Shown here in pieces: positions 62,780 to 64,000 of a stretch of 64,000 nt of DNA (position 1 is the first letter of the stretch; the number at the start of each line of letters is the position of its first letter). Both the position numbers and the translations under genes were made by a program. The DNA lies in assembly GCF_006345805.1 (NCBI RefSeq), contig NC_042999.1:169632001-169696000 (forward strand), in the 5' to 3' direction. Below the pieces are notes generated by a model, which did not search any database, was not told the origin of the DNA, and worked only from the letters and a program-made list of their open reading frames with translations. This DNA is from Octopus sinensis (Eukaryota).

Positions 62780-63066
62780 TTAACCCTTTTGATACCAACC
62801 CACCTGATACTGCCTGTTTCTATGATTAAATTTTACTGTTCTAAAGTGATTTACTTCTTTAGCATTTAAACCAGCCATATCCAGCCCAAATACCTGTTCA
62901 AAGTTACTAGAGCTGGCCCTTCACACCTACCCTACAATGTCATTCTAAACATAAGCTTCATTATCATCAAAATCTTGAAGCTGTAAGACAAGTCATGATT
63001 CATTCGAAACAATATGAAAAAATAAGCATTACATTTAACGGAATAATCTGAATGCTAAAGGGTTAA
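62780..63066. mobile_element. TTAA-flanked CCC...GGG MITE (piggyBac-type termini)
   Basis: TTAACCCTTT at 62780 and AAAGGGTTAA ending at 63066. Related copies at ~34020-34258, 43203-43400 and 44580-44780. Confidence 0.65.
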
Positions 63067-63242
63067 ATGAAAGCTCGCTTTCGAAGTTTCATGTTCATCT
63101 ATGTTCCAAATTCCAGTTTAATATTGACAAAATGATTTTAATAAATTCTTCATGGTTTCAAAATTAATTAAAACAAAAGCAGCATATTTTAACAGAAATA
63201 TGGTAATGAAAGGGGTTAATAAAGAAAAGCAAGGGATATACT

Positions 63243-63635
63243 CTTTTACTTGTTTCAGTCATTTGACTATGGCCATGTTGGAGCACCACCTTTAGTCGAG
63301 CAAATCGACCCCAGGACTTATTCTTTGTAAGCCTGGTACTTATTCTATCGGTCTCTTTTGCCAAACCGCTAAGTTACAGGGACGTAAACACACCAGCATC
63401 GGTTGTCAAGCGATATTGGGAGAATAAACACAGACACACAAACATATATACACACACACACACACATATATATATATACATACATACGATGGGCTTCTTT
63501 CAGTTTCCATCTACCAAATCCATTCACAAGGCTTTGGTTGGCCCGAGGCTATAGTAGAAGACATTTGCACAAGGTGCCACACAGTGGGACTGAACCCGGA
63601 ACCATATAGTTCATAGGCAAGCTTCTTACCACACA
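63243..63635 (-). mobile_element. tRNA-derived SINE (family B)
   Basis: Reverse complement of the 26393-26788 copy. Confidence 0.88.
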
Positions 63636-63874
63636 ACAAGACTTTAATTAAGAACAGAATGTGTACAATCAAATACCTTATCACCAATTTTATAATACTG
63701 GAATCCCAGGATTCAAATCTCTTTAATAGCATTCAGGTACACTCCATCGAGAAAAAGAAAAATAGGCTGCCTAATGAAATAGAATTTTATGTTTCTGCAT
63801 TGTCACTTGACCTGCTAGAAATATCCTAATCACACATGCTACAGTCTTTAAAAAGAAGGACATTAGATAGATCT

Positions 63875-64000
63875 TTATTGCAATCAGACCTGGACATGGG
63901 ATCATGGACTGGCAACTCAAGCTGGCTGAGGACAAACGGACCACCATGCATTTTGGGAGGAAAAACCCAGTGACTACTTACTCTCTCCATAACACTAACC
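63875..64000 (+). mobile_element. CR1 LINE RT fragment running off the window end
   Basis: LQSDLD...DWQLKLAEDKRTTMHFGRKNPVTTYSL, the typical CR1 RT C-terminal segment. Confidence 0.7.

Overview
Eukaryotic, AT-rich animal genomic DNA. The SINE/RTE repertoire points to an octopod cephalopod; this is an inference. The window holds (i) the last coding exon of cytosolic asparaginyl-tRNA synthetase (NARS1, + strand, 366-497) and (ii) a complete minus-strand KDM1B/LSD2 gene. I assembled KDM1B by hand from 19 GT-AG coding exons (54109 down to 12308; 2439 nt = 812 aa + stop; all splice phases consistent). It has intact C4H2C2 zinc finger, CW, SWIRM and amine-oxidase modules. Main result: the catalytic lysine of the LSD/polyamine-oxidase family (human K661, motif GAGIIEK) is encoded as Met (GAGVIEM, ATG at 18457-18459). 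Further substitutions occur in the substrate pocket and flavin-binding motifs while the ORF stays intact, so this is a candidate pseudo-demethylase. Upstream is a housekeeping-type promoter cluster (GC box, GTCACGTGAC, ETS-like, YY1) at ~56560 and possible exons of an unidentified head-to-head + strand gene. The remainder is repeats: RTE, CR1-type and Penelope-like fragments, a 1.6-kb two-LTR Gypsy derivative, a mariner with a nested RTE, tRNA-derived SINEs, MITEs, a 2.76-kb G-rich minisatellite, a 94-bp tandem array and microsatellites. Human residue comparisons come from my recollection of KDM1A/KDM1B/NARS1 sequences, not from a database search.
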